From Candidatus Moraniibacteriota bacterium (GTDB lineage: Bacteria; Patescibacteriota; Minisyncoccia; Moranbacterales; UBA1568): 64,000 bases of DNA. Within the stretch, counting starts at the first letter, position 1. The number at the start of each line of letters is the position of its first letter. The position numbers and the translations under genes are program-made. Location of the stretch: positions 437,458-501,457 of the forward strand of contig JAUSGT010000002.1 in the NCBI GenBank assembly GCA_030648835.1, read 5' to 3'. Below are positions 20,013 to 27,486 of the stretch, in pieces. Under the pieces are notes generated by a model. It had not been told where the DNA came from, searched no databases, and was given only the letters and a program-made list of their open reading frames with translations.

Positions 20013-21367
20013 ATATAAGTGATTTTCAAAATCGTAAATGGGTGGTGCTGGGAGCCAATTGTTACCCGCTGTATGCCGATTCTTTCGCGGAGCCGGTGAG
20101 CCAGGGGTACTACCGGACATATGGGATCCCCAATGAGGTGCTGGGGGTTTTCAACAAGGATTTTTTCGAATGGTTGTATGACAACTCACAACTCGTTGCA
20201 TTGTCAGAGAAATTATTGCCAGGTTTGTTGAGCACACCTTGGAATTACTATGATGAATGGCAAAAGAATGCGAAATCCTTTTCTGTTTTTCATGAATCAG
20301 TTATAGAAAAAGATTTTACAGCATTGTCCCATAAAGAGTTGGGTAAATTGGCAAAAGAATACCATCGTATTTTTTGGCTTCAGTTTGCTCCCAGTAATAT
20401 TATTGAGCCGCTTAGCTATTATTTTCAAAGCCGTTTCAAAAAAATGCTTACCCTCAAAGGTACGAAGGAAAATGAAATAGATCAGCTAATGGATTACTAT
20501 GGCCGATCCAAGTATCCAAACTATATTAAAGAATGTCTGGCTGAATACCGTTTGGCAAAAAATGAAGACGTCATACAAGCAGTTTTGAAGAAATATGCAT
20601 ACCTGGCGAACGATTACTTGGGGCCAAAAGTATTAACCAAAGCGTACCTGGATGAACTGTTAAAACAAGAAACGCATGAGCCGCATGTTGGCGCAGTCCC
20701 TGCTGTTTCTCCCGAAACGCAGTTGTTGCTAGAAGTTTTTCAGATGGTGGCTACTATCCAGGATGTCAGGAAAGCTTATAGCTTGATGATGATAGCTGGC
20801 GTACACAATTTTGCGATCGAATACGCCAAGCGGCTTAAACTGCCGGATACTCTTATATGGTATGCTCTCTGGAAAGAAATATATGCAGGCGATGTCAATG
20901 AAAAAAAGCTGGAAGAGCGTCGCGAACATAGCGTCATACTCTGGGGGAAAAAAGAAACGGTTGCTTGTGAAGGAATAGAGGCTGAGAAATTGGCAGCAGA
21001 TATCCATACGTTGGTTTTCGGCAGTACCAAAGATGTGAAAAAAGTGAAAGGCATATGTGCTTCTCCGGGAAAAGTCACGGGGCGAGCCGTCGTTGTGATG
21101 CATCCTGATGAATTCCACAAGGTGAAAAAAGGAGACGTGCTTTTTACTATGATGACGCGCCCGGAATATTTACCGGTTATGCAGCTGGCAGCCGCATTTG
21201 TCACTGATGAGGGAGGCATCACGTCGCACGCGGCGATTGTGGCGAGGGAAATGAAAAAACCATGTATCATAGCTACGAAAATAGGCACGAAAGTCGTGAA
21301 AGACGGTGATCTCGTCGAGGTAGACGCGGATAAGGGGATAGTGAGGATATTAGAAAAAAAGAAATAG
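20009..21367 (+). CDS. PEP-utiliser His-swivel domain protein 5 (no ATP-grasp)
   Basis: ATGA overlap with the previous gene; C-terminal TDEGGITSHAAIVAREMKKPCIIATK. Confidence 0.85.
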   Translation: MNISDFQNRKWVVLGANCYPLYADSFAEPVSQGYYRTYGIPNEVLGVFNKDFFEWLYDNSQLVALSEKLLPGLLSTPWNYYDEWQKNAKSFSVFHESVIEKDFTALSHKELGKLAKEYHRIFWLQFAPSNIIEPLSYYFQSRFKKMLTLKGTKENEIDQLMDYYGRSKYPNYIKECLAEYRLAKNEDVIQAVLKKYAYLANDYLGPKVLTKAYLDELLKQETHEPHVGAVPAVSPETQLLLEVFQMVATIQDVRKAYSLMMIAGVHNFAIEYAKRLKLPDTLIWYALWKEIYAGDVNEKKLEERREHSVILWGKKETVACEGIEAEKLAADIHTLVFGSTKDVKKVKGICASPGKVTGRAVVVMHPDEFHKVKKGDVLFTMMTRPEYLPVMQLAAAFVTDEGGITSHAAIVAREMKKPCIIATKIGTKVVKDGDLVEVDADKGIVRILEKKK

Positions 21368-21410
21368 AAAAACTGCCAAAATTGGCAGTAGATAATAAGC
21401 ACGCTTTGCA

Positions 21411-21439
21411 ATTATACACCTTTTTGGTGGTTTTGTCAA
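21411..21439 (-). promoter_or_regulatory. Perfect-consensus sigma70 promoter on the minus strand
   Basis: Reverse complement reads TTGACA-AAACCACCAAAAAGGTG(17 nt)-TATAAT. Confidence 0.65.
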
Positions 21440-21520
21440 TGTCAGACTTATCCTGTATTATTGAAGAATCGGATGTAAGTAATACCGAATGCTTACGTCA
21501 AAAGAATATAGGTTAATCGT

Positions 21521-21895
21521 ATGTCAGGAACAAAACAGGTGCCTCTTTTGGTACAAAAAGGAAAAGTGGAGCGCGGAACGAAAATGGCCCGGAAGGTGGG
21601 ATATCCTACGGTGAATATTCACTATGATGATCCGGAAATTCTTACCGGTACGTATGCCGGGAAAGTAACGGTGGACAATACCGAATACCGTGCCGCGATC
21701 TATGTCAATCAAGAGCGGGAAGTATTGGAGGCGCATCTTTTGGATTTTTCGGGGGATTTGTATGGAAAAGAGATCACCGTTGTATTGCTGGAACGGTTGG
21801 TAGAAGCGAAAGAGTTCCGGGGAAGACTGGACGAACAAAGTTTCATTGATTGGGCAGTAAAAGAGGTACAGAAATACTTCAACATAAATTCCTAA
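21521..21895 (+). CDS. Stand-alone riboflavin kinase (RibF C-terminal domain)
   Basis: GKVERG...GYPTVNI...GTYAG...LEAHLLDFSGDLYGKEI. Confidence 0.85.
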   Translation: MSGTKQVPLLVQKGKVERGTKMARKVGYPTVNIHYDDPEILTGTYAGKVTVDNTEYRAAIYVNQEREVLEAHLLDFSGDLYGKEITVVLLERLVEAKEFRGRLDEQSFIDWAVKEVQKYFNINS

Positions 21896-21980
21896 TATCT
21901 AATTTCTAATTCCTAATAAAAAAGTAGAAATTATAAAATTAAAGATTTCATTAGATATTAGATATTGGTAATTAGAAATT
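21890..21980. repeat. Inverted pair of degenerate heptamer tandem arrays
   Basis: TCCTAAT-ATCTAAT-TTCTAAT-TCCTAAT ... ATTAGAT-ATTAGAT-ATTGGTA-ATTAGAA. Confidence 0.65.
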
Positions 21981-21989
21981 TTTAAACGT

Positions 21990-22580
21990 ATGTTTACCGG
22001 CATTGTTCAAAAAATAGCGCCGCTTCTTTCTGCCACTCCCCAAGGGGAGTGTTTGCGGGTGCGGATCAAAAAGCCTCTTGGCTGGAAATTGACTCCGGGG
22101 CAAAGCGTGGCTGTGGATGGGGTGTGTTCCACGGTAGTTTTATGCAAGTCAGATTTTTTCGAAGTGGAGTATATGCAAGAGACGCTTATCAAAACAACAG
22201 TGAAAACATTTAAAAAAAACCAAGTTGTCAATCTCGAGCGATCTCTGACTCTCAAAGATTTTGTAGACGGAGGTTTGGTCCAGGGGCATGTGGATATGCG
22301 TGGCAAGGTAAAGAAGGTAGAAAAAACAGGGGAAATGGCCCTCCTTGAAATAACTCTTCCGGAAGCATTAAAGAAATATATCGCTCCTATCGGGTCTGTC
22401 ACAGTGAATGGTGTCAGTTTGACAGTGGCTCGGGTAAAGAAGGATACTTTCAGTATGGCACTTATCCCATACACGTTGGAACATACCAATCTCGGGCTTT
22501 TGAAAAAGGGTGACATGGTCAATGTAGAAGTGGATATTCTGGCGCGGTACATCGTCAATGCGCGAATAAAGGAAAGATAA
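21990..22580 (+). CDS. ribE: Riboflavin synthase
   Basis: MFTGIV N-terminus, SVAVDGVC, VNLERSL, VQGHVD, GSVTVNGVSLTV, VNVEVD (called ribC in E. coli nomenclature). Confidence 0.93.
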   Translation: MFTGIVQKIAPLLSATPQGECLRVRIKKPLGWKLTPGQSVAVDGVCSTVVLCKSDFFEVEYMQETLIKTTVKTFKKNQVVNLERSLTLKDFVDGGLVQGHVDMRGKVKKVEKTGEMALLEITLPEALKKYIAPIGSVTVNGVSLTVARVKKDTFSMALIPYTLEHTNLGLLKKGDMVNVEVDILARYIVNARIKER

Positions 22581-22600
22581 TTCAGGTAACTTAGAGAAAT

Positions 22601-23068
22601 ATGCAAGTAAAAAACGCCGCCAAAAGAATAACAAAAAACGCTTCAGCGCTCCAGATCGGTATCGTGGTATCCAACTATTACGCCGATACGATTACCGGAA
22701 AACTTTTGCTTGGAGCAGAGGCTGTTCTGAAAGAATGGAAAGTGTTGCCAAAAAATATTACCGTGGTGCGTGTTCCGGGGTGTTTCGAAATTCCTTATGG
22801 CTGTATCACACTTCTAAAACAAAAAAAGTACGACGCTCTGATTACTTTGGGCTGCATTGTCAAAGGTGAGACGGAACACGATCGCTATATCGCTTCGGCG
22901 GTTTCGCAGGGCATTATGGATCTGACTTTGGCACACGGGGTGCCGATAGCGTTCGGCGTGCTTACCGTCAACAACTTGGCTCAGGCAAAAGCCCGTTCCA
23001 CGGGAAAAAATAACAAAGGAGTGGAAGCTGCTATCGCCGCGTTAGAGGCAACTTTCTTGAAAAAATGA
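22601..23068 (+). CDS. ribH: 6,7-dimethyl-8-ribityllumazine synthase
   Basis: VPGCFEIP, LGCIVKGETEH, FGVLT, NKGVEAA. Confidence 0.93.
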   Translation: MQVKNAAKRITKNASALQIGIVVSNYYADTITGKLLLGAEAVLKEWKVLPKNITVVRVPGCFEIPYGCITLLKQKKYDALITLGCIVKGETEHDRYIASAVSQGIMDLTLAHGVPIAFGVLTVNNLAQAKARSTGKNNKGVEAAIAALEATFLKK

Positions 23069-23997
23069 TAATACTGGGTGACTGTATGTTTGAAGAAATT
23101 CATAATAATGAAGCAAGCGAACAAGAAGAAGTAGTTTTGAAGGTGATTATTCAGAGACATGGGCCTAAACTGAGCGCTTCCGGAGAAAAAAACCAGCTGG
23201 CGACTTATTTTGCGGATTCAGTGAAACAAGGGTTTCAGGTAACCGGGATATCTGAGGGAGAGGGATTAGTTCATGTAAATTCAAGTCCTGTTACGAGGGC
23301 AGCAGACACGGCAAAGATTGATATTGCTGAACTTTCTCATACACAGCATCGTTTTAAAGATATGGTTGTAAAGAAAGAGGCACTTGCTGTTTTGTTTCAA
23401 CCGTTGGCCGATGCAGAAGATCCGCGGTTCGCGCGGGATTTGGAGAGGATAGTAAAAATGCAAAAAAAAATTGAGCCGGAAGTGCGCGAAGAAGTCCTTT
23501 TGGAGGAGTCAAATCTTGTGAGTGAAGAAAAAGAGGCGGAAATACGCAATGTCATCGATATGAGAGTTCTTACGGTATTGTTCAATGATGTGCATACTAA
23601 CAAGAAAACATTTGAAACGTCTTATACAGAACTAGCCGACAAGTTTGCGGAGAGATACAAGGGATTTTTGCAGCATATTGGTATGCTGAAGGAAAGAAAG
23701 CGCGAGGGAGGACGTCAGCCAGTAGACGAACCTTACGTGCAGGTAGATATTACCCATTCATTTCCTGTGATGTGTTTTTTGAAAAAATACCTGGTATTTG
23801 CAGATGGAGTGTCTGCAGAAAGCCTTTCCCCAGAAGATTTTTTTGAAAGAACAGGCGGGATTATCCGTGAGTCCGGTTTTATGGAAATGCTTTATATTTC
23901 CAACAGTAACAAGGATTTGAAAGAGGAAAAGATGGCCATAGCTATCCGCGGGTCTTTTGGTAAAGGGCAAGAATTTTCAGGGGAAGTTTCTTTTTAA
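23065..23997 (+). CDS. Histidine phosphatase superfamily protein
   Basis: VIIQRHG, SSPVTRAADTA, DITHS; the start may be ATG 23086. Confidence 0.7.
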   Translation: MIILGDCMFEEIHNNEASEQEEVVLKVIIQRHGPKLSASGEKNQLATYFADSVKQGFQVTGISEGEGLVHVNSSPVTRAADTAKIDIAELSHTQHRFKDMVVKKEALAVLFQPLADAEDPRFARDLERIVKMQKKIEPEVREEVLLEESNLVSEEKEAEIRNVIDMRVLTVLFNDVHTNKKTFETSYTELADKFAERYKGFLQHIGMLKERKREGGRQPVDEPYVQVDITHSFPVMCFLKKYLVFADGVSAESLSPEDFFERTGGIIRESGFMEMLYISNSNKDLKEEKMAIAIRGSFGKGQEFSGEVSF

Positions 23998-24007
23998 ATG
24001 ATTTTTT

Positions 24008-25588
24008 ATGCATGAAAAAATAAATTGGTTTTGGATGCATCGGAGAAATGCCAGTCTGCATCACTTCAGTTTTTTGATGACCGGTATGGCCAAGAGAGGA
24101 TGGTCGCCGGTGGTCGATTTTTGGTTTGATAACCAGGCAGTTGTCGGAGTACCAGGCAAAGGCTGTTATGTTTTTTATGATAAAGACCAGCTGAAAAGCG
24201 GGGTGAAGTATAAGAATATCCAAGACAGTATTGATAGTAATCCTGCCTTTGTAAAGGATTTTCAACGAAGAACGGATGAAATTTTTGGTGCGTTGTTTTT
24301 CAAATGCCTTGATATTGAAACAGACAATCTTTCTCTCCTGAGCGACAAGGAACTCCATAGGCTCTACCTCGGCTTCATAGATGCTATGACTGTTGGTCCG
24401 CTCATAACCGTACAACTTTTCGGTATTGAAGCTTGTTTTGATGAGAATTACCGGATCATACAATTTCTCAGGAAACGTTTGCAGGAGCTTGGCAAAGGAA
24501 AAGAATTTGAAACATATAAAGGTATTCTCTCGGTGAATATCGGAGAGACGGTGGCATTTACGGAAAAGAAAAATTTTTACCAGGTTGCGGCGGAAATGGC
24601 AAAAAATAAAGATATTTACGCGCTTTTTCAGAATGAGTCGTTGCAAGAAATAAGCGAGAAATTGAAAAAGTATCCTCGAGAGAACGCTCTTTTCGAGCGA
24701 CATACCAAGAAGTACGAGTGGGTGAATACCGAATACGTGAGCGGTGGCTGGTCTCGTGAGAAGTGGATTGGTGAATTCAAAACGGCGTTGACAGATGTTC
24801 TATTGCCGGATGAACAATTGAAGATTATTTTGCAGAGTTTTGAAGATCTCAATGCGGAAAGAAAAAAGACCATTGAAGAACTGGCTCCGCCCAAGGATGT
24901 TTTGCATGCTCTCAACTGTCTTTCTGAACTGATAGCGCAAAGAGATTGGACAAAAGGGTATTTTACGAAGGCTCTATTGAGCTACAATGTGCTTCTTGAT
25001 GAGATTGCCAGGAGGATCGGTAAAACACGAGAGGATATTCTGCTCTATTCTTATCATGAAATCGAAGCGTACTTTTTGGACGGAACGATTATTCCACAGG
25101 AAGAAATAGATGATCGGAAGAGCAACGGGTTTGTCATTCTCATCAAGCATGGGAGTTTCGAACTGGTTACCGGAAAAAAGAAAATACAGGAAGTTATTGA
25201 GAGTGAAAAAATTTCAGAACCGTTTGAAAAGGTGGCACATATTACCGAATTTAAGGGGCTGGGAGTTTCGCGGGGATGTATCCGGGGGAAGGTGCGGGTT
25301 TTGGAAGATGCCTCGAAGATTTCAGAGCTTGTAGAAGGAGAGATACTGGTCACCTACATGACGACAATCGAATTCATTCCTGCTTTTCGAAAAGCGGCGG
25401 CGGTAGTAACCGATGAAGGTGGAATGTCGTGTCATGCGGCGATCGTAAGTCGAGAATTCAAATTACCTTGTGTCGTCGGCACAAAAGTAGCGACACGCGT
25501 ATTGGAGACGGGCGATGAAGTCGAGGTAGACGCGGATAATGGAAAAGTAAAAATATTGACTAAACACTCATTTATTCAACAAACTTGA
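24008..25588 (+). CDS. PEP-utiliser His-swivel domain protein 6 (no ATP-grasp)
   Basis: C-terminal TDEGGMSCHAAIVSREFKLPCVVGTK. Confidence 0.85.
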   Translation: MHEKINWFWMHRRNASLHHFSFLMTGMAKRGWSPVVDFWFDNQAVVGVPGKGCYVFYDKDQLKSGVKYKNIQDSIDSNPAFVKDFQRRTDEIFGALFFKCLDIETDNLSLLSDKELHRLYLGFIDAMTVGPLITVQLFGIEACFDENYRIIQFLRKRLQELGKGKEFETYKGILSVNIGETVAFTEKKNFYQVAAEMAKNKDIYALFQNESLQEISEKLKKYPRENALFERHTKKYEWVNTEYVSGGWSREKWIGEFKTALTDVLLPDEQLKIILQSFEDLNAERKKTIEELAPPKDVLHALNCLSELIAQRDWTKGYFTKALLSYNVLLDEIARRIGKTREDILLYSYHEIEAYFLDGTIIPQEEIDDRKSNGFVILIKHGSFELVTGKKKIQEVIESEKISEPFEKVAHITEFKGLGVSRGCIRGKVRVLEDASKISELVEGEILVTYMTTIEFIPAFRKAAAVVTDEGGMSCHAAIVSREFKLPCVVGTKVATRVLETGDEVEVDADNGKVKILTKHSFIQQT

Positions 25589-25975
25589 TTTGTGTTTTTC
25601 CGGATGATGCGATCCGAGAAAAACGAAAGGGGTATGGAGTTTGGTGAGCTCTTTCGCTATCGCTTGCTGGTCGTGGCCGAGAAAAACTACGTTGGGAGCA
25701 TATTTTTTCAGGACGGTCCATTTACCCAACACTCTATCTCCTCGGACGACTGTGAGTTTTGGGTTGAAGTTTTGGATGGCGGTGATGCGTTCGTTTTGTC
25801 CGTAGCGGGGCAGGTGTCCTTTGAGCTGAAGGACCGCTTCTCCGGCTGTCACGGCTACGATAAGTTTTTCGCAGCGTTTGGCGGCTTCTGTCAGAAAGTA
25901 TTTGTGGCCTTTGTGCAGCCCATCAAAAACACCAAAAACTACGCCTGTTTTATAAAGAGACTTTTTTTGTAGCAT
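25568..25975 (-). CDS. HxGH nucleotidyltransferase, probably archaeal-type FAD synthase (RibL-like)
   Basis: FGVFDGLHKGH, LIVAV, PNVVFLGHDQ; start placed at MLQKK (25975). Confidence 0.7.
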   Translation of the reverse strand: MLQKKSLYKTGVVFGVFDGLHKGHKYFLTEAAKRCEKLIVAVTAGEAVLQLKGHLPRYGQNERITAIQNFNPKLTVVRGDRVLGKWTVLKKYAPNVVFLGHDQQAIAKELTKLHTPFVFLGSHHPEKHKSSLLNK

Positions 25976-26091
25976 AGAGGTGGATTGGTCTAAGAAGGTA
26001 TACATATATTTTAACACAACAGCGTACAGCTTGTATTCTTGGCGTGGACACCGTACCATAAGAGTGAAGATAAAAGATAAATGACCATAGT

Positions 26092-27288
26092 ATGCGGATA
26101 GCCGTACAAGCCAGTGATTTGGATAACGCGCGGATCGATGGAACGCGCGTGTATTTGAAAGAGTTGCTGAATCGTTTCGGAAAATTTTCGCCGGAGGCGG
26201 AATTTTTGCTGTATCATCAAAACGAATTCAATCCTGAGCTTGCGCCGTGGACGTTCGCCAATTATCGGATCAAAAAGTGTCCATTTCCTTGGGCGTGGAT
26301 GCAAACACGTTTCGCCTGGGAACTGTACAGACAGAGGCCGGAAAAACTTTTTTTGCCAATCCAGGCGGCTCCGCTTTTCGTTCCGAAGACGATAGAAGTG
26401 ACCGCAACCATTCATGATCTCGCCTTCAAGCGTTATCCGGAAACGTTTCCGAAAAAGCATTTACTGAAACTCAACTTTCTGCTCGATGTCGTTGTCCGGA
26501 GAGCAAACAAACTTATTGCCGTGTCGCAATCAACCAAAGATGATCTTTTGGAATTTTTTCCCAATCTTCCGGAGAATCGCGTGAAAGTCATTTACCATGG
26601 TTTCGACAGCGAGTTTTTCTCTACAAGACTTTCCTCTGATGAACTTTCTGAAAAGCTAAAAAGCTACAAGCTACAAGCTACGAGCTATATACTGTATGTC
26701 GGTGCTCTGCAGCCAAGGAAAAATCTGGTGCGTTTGATCGAGGCTTTCAATATTGTCAAACAAAAGTTAGAGGGTCATTCCGAACGAAGTGAGGAATCTC
26801 GAGTCCAGTATCATCAAACGGGATCCTTCGCTGATGCTCAGGATGACGGGCGAATGAAGCTGGTATTGGCAGGGGAACCGGCTTGGCTGGCAGAGGATAT
26901 CCTCGCTGCGCGGCAAAAAAGCGTTTACAAAGAAGATATTATCATGACAGGACGAGTGACATTCGATGAATTGCGTGTATTGTATCAAGGCGCGCGGTGT
27001 TTTGTCTTTCCTTCGCTCTATGAGGGTTTTGGCCTCCCAATTCTTGAAGCTATGGCTTCCCATATTCCGGTTTTGACAGCGGATAATTCCAGTTTGCGCG
27101 AAGTCGGTGGCGACGCGGCGCTCTACTGTGATGCCGAGAGCGTGGAGGATATAGCCGAAAAAATGAAACGTCTCTCAAGCGATGAGGGGTTGCGTTCGGA
27201 ACTTATCGTGAGAGGGGGAGAACAATTGAAAAAATTTTCCTGGGACAAATGCGCCCGAGAAACGCTGGAGTATATCCAGTTCAAATAG
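26092..27288 (+). CDS. Glycosyltransferase family 4
   Basis: TIHDL, IAVSQST, YVGALQPRKNL, FPSLYEGFGLPILEAMA. Confidence 0.92.
   Translation: MRIAVQASDLDNARIDGTRVYLKELLNRFGKFSPEAEFLLYHQNEFNPELAPWTFANYRIKKCPFPWAWMQTRFAWELYRQRPEKLFLPIQAAPLFVPKTIEVTATIHDLAFKRYPETFPKKHLLKLNFLLDVVVRRANKLIAVSQSTKDDLLEFFPNLPENRVKVIYHGFDSEFFSTRLSSDELSEKLKSYKLQATSYILYVGALQPRKNLVRLIEAFNIVKQKLEGHSERSEESRVQYHQTGSFADAQDDGRMKLVLAGEPAWLAEDILAARQKSVYKEDIIMTGRVTFDELRVLYQGARCFVFPSLYEGFGLPILEAMASHIPVLTADNSSLREVGGDAALYCDAESVEDIAEKMKRLSSDEGLRSELIVRGGEQLKKFSWDKCARETLEYIQFK
26774..26847 (+). repeat. REP-like palindromic element (GTCATTC...GGATGAC family) inserted in frame in the GT4 gene
   Basis: GTCATTCCGAACGAAGTGAGGAATCTC...GGATCCTTCGCTGATGCTCAGGATGAC; related to 57475-57541. 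Confidence 0.8.
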
Positions 27289-27293
27289 TTTGT

Positions 27294-27437
27294 CTCCCTT
27301 GTAAGCAACCTTCCCGGGGCGGGACACTTGCAGAGATGAGAATTTTGTGTCACAATACTTCTGCCGTTTAGCGGCTTTCGTGACTTTTTAGTCACGCCCT
27401 GAGTGAAGCTGGCTTCAGCTGGCGGAATCGAAGGGTC
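27294..27437 (+). repeat. Partial copy of the structured repeat, followed by a GTCAC...CTGAG...CGAAGGGTC palindrome
   Basis: 27294-27319 matches 49332-49357 at 24/26; 27391-27437 is a REP-like unit. Confidence 0.55.
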
Positions 27438-27486
27438 TTTTTTTTGATATGAATTTGTACATTATGCGTAAGATTTAACGATAAAT

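Noticed and set aside
21367-21990. FMN riboswitch before the rib genes
   Set aside because: The conserved RFN sequence motifs are absent
14633-25588. Integron cassette array or polymorphic toxin-immunity locus
   Set aside because: No integrase, no recurring attC-like site between genes (gaps are mostly 4-14 nt or overlaps) and no small immunity-like partner genes
14638-25588. Orphan swivel genes as frameshifted fragments of full-length dikinases
   Set aside because: Each has its own start, an intact frame and an intact His, and no ATP-grasp remnants lie upstream in other frames
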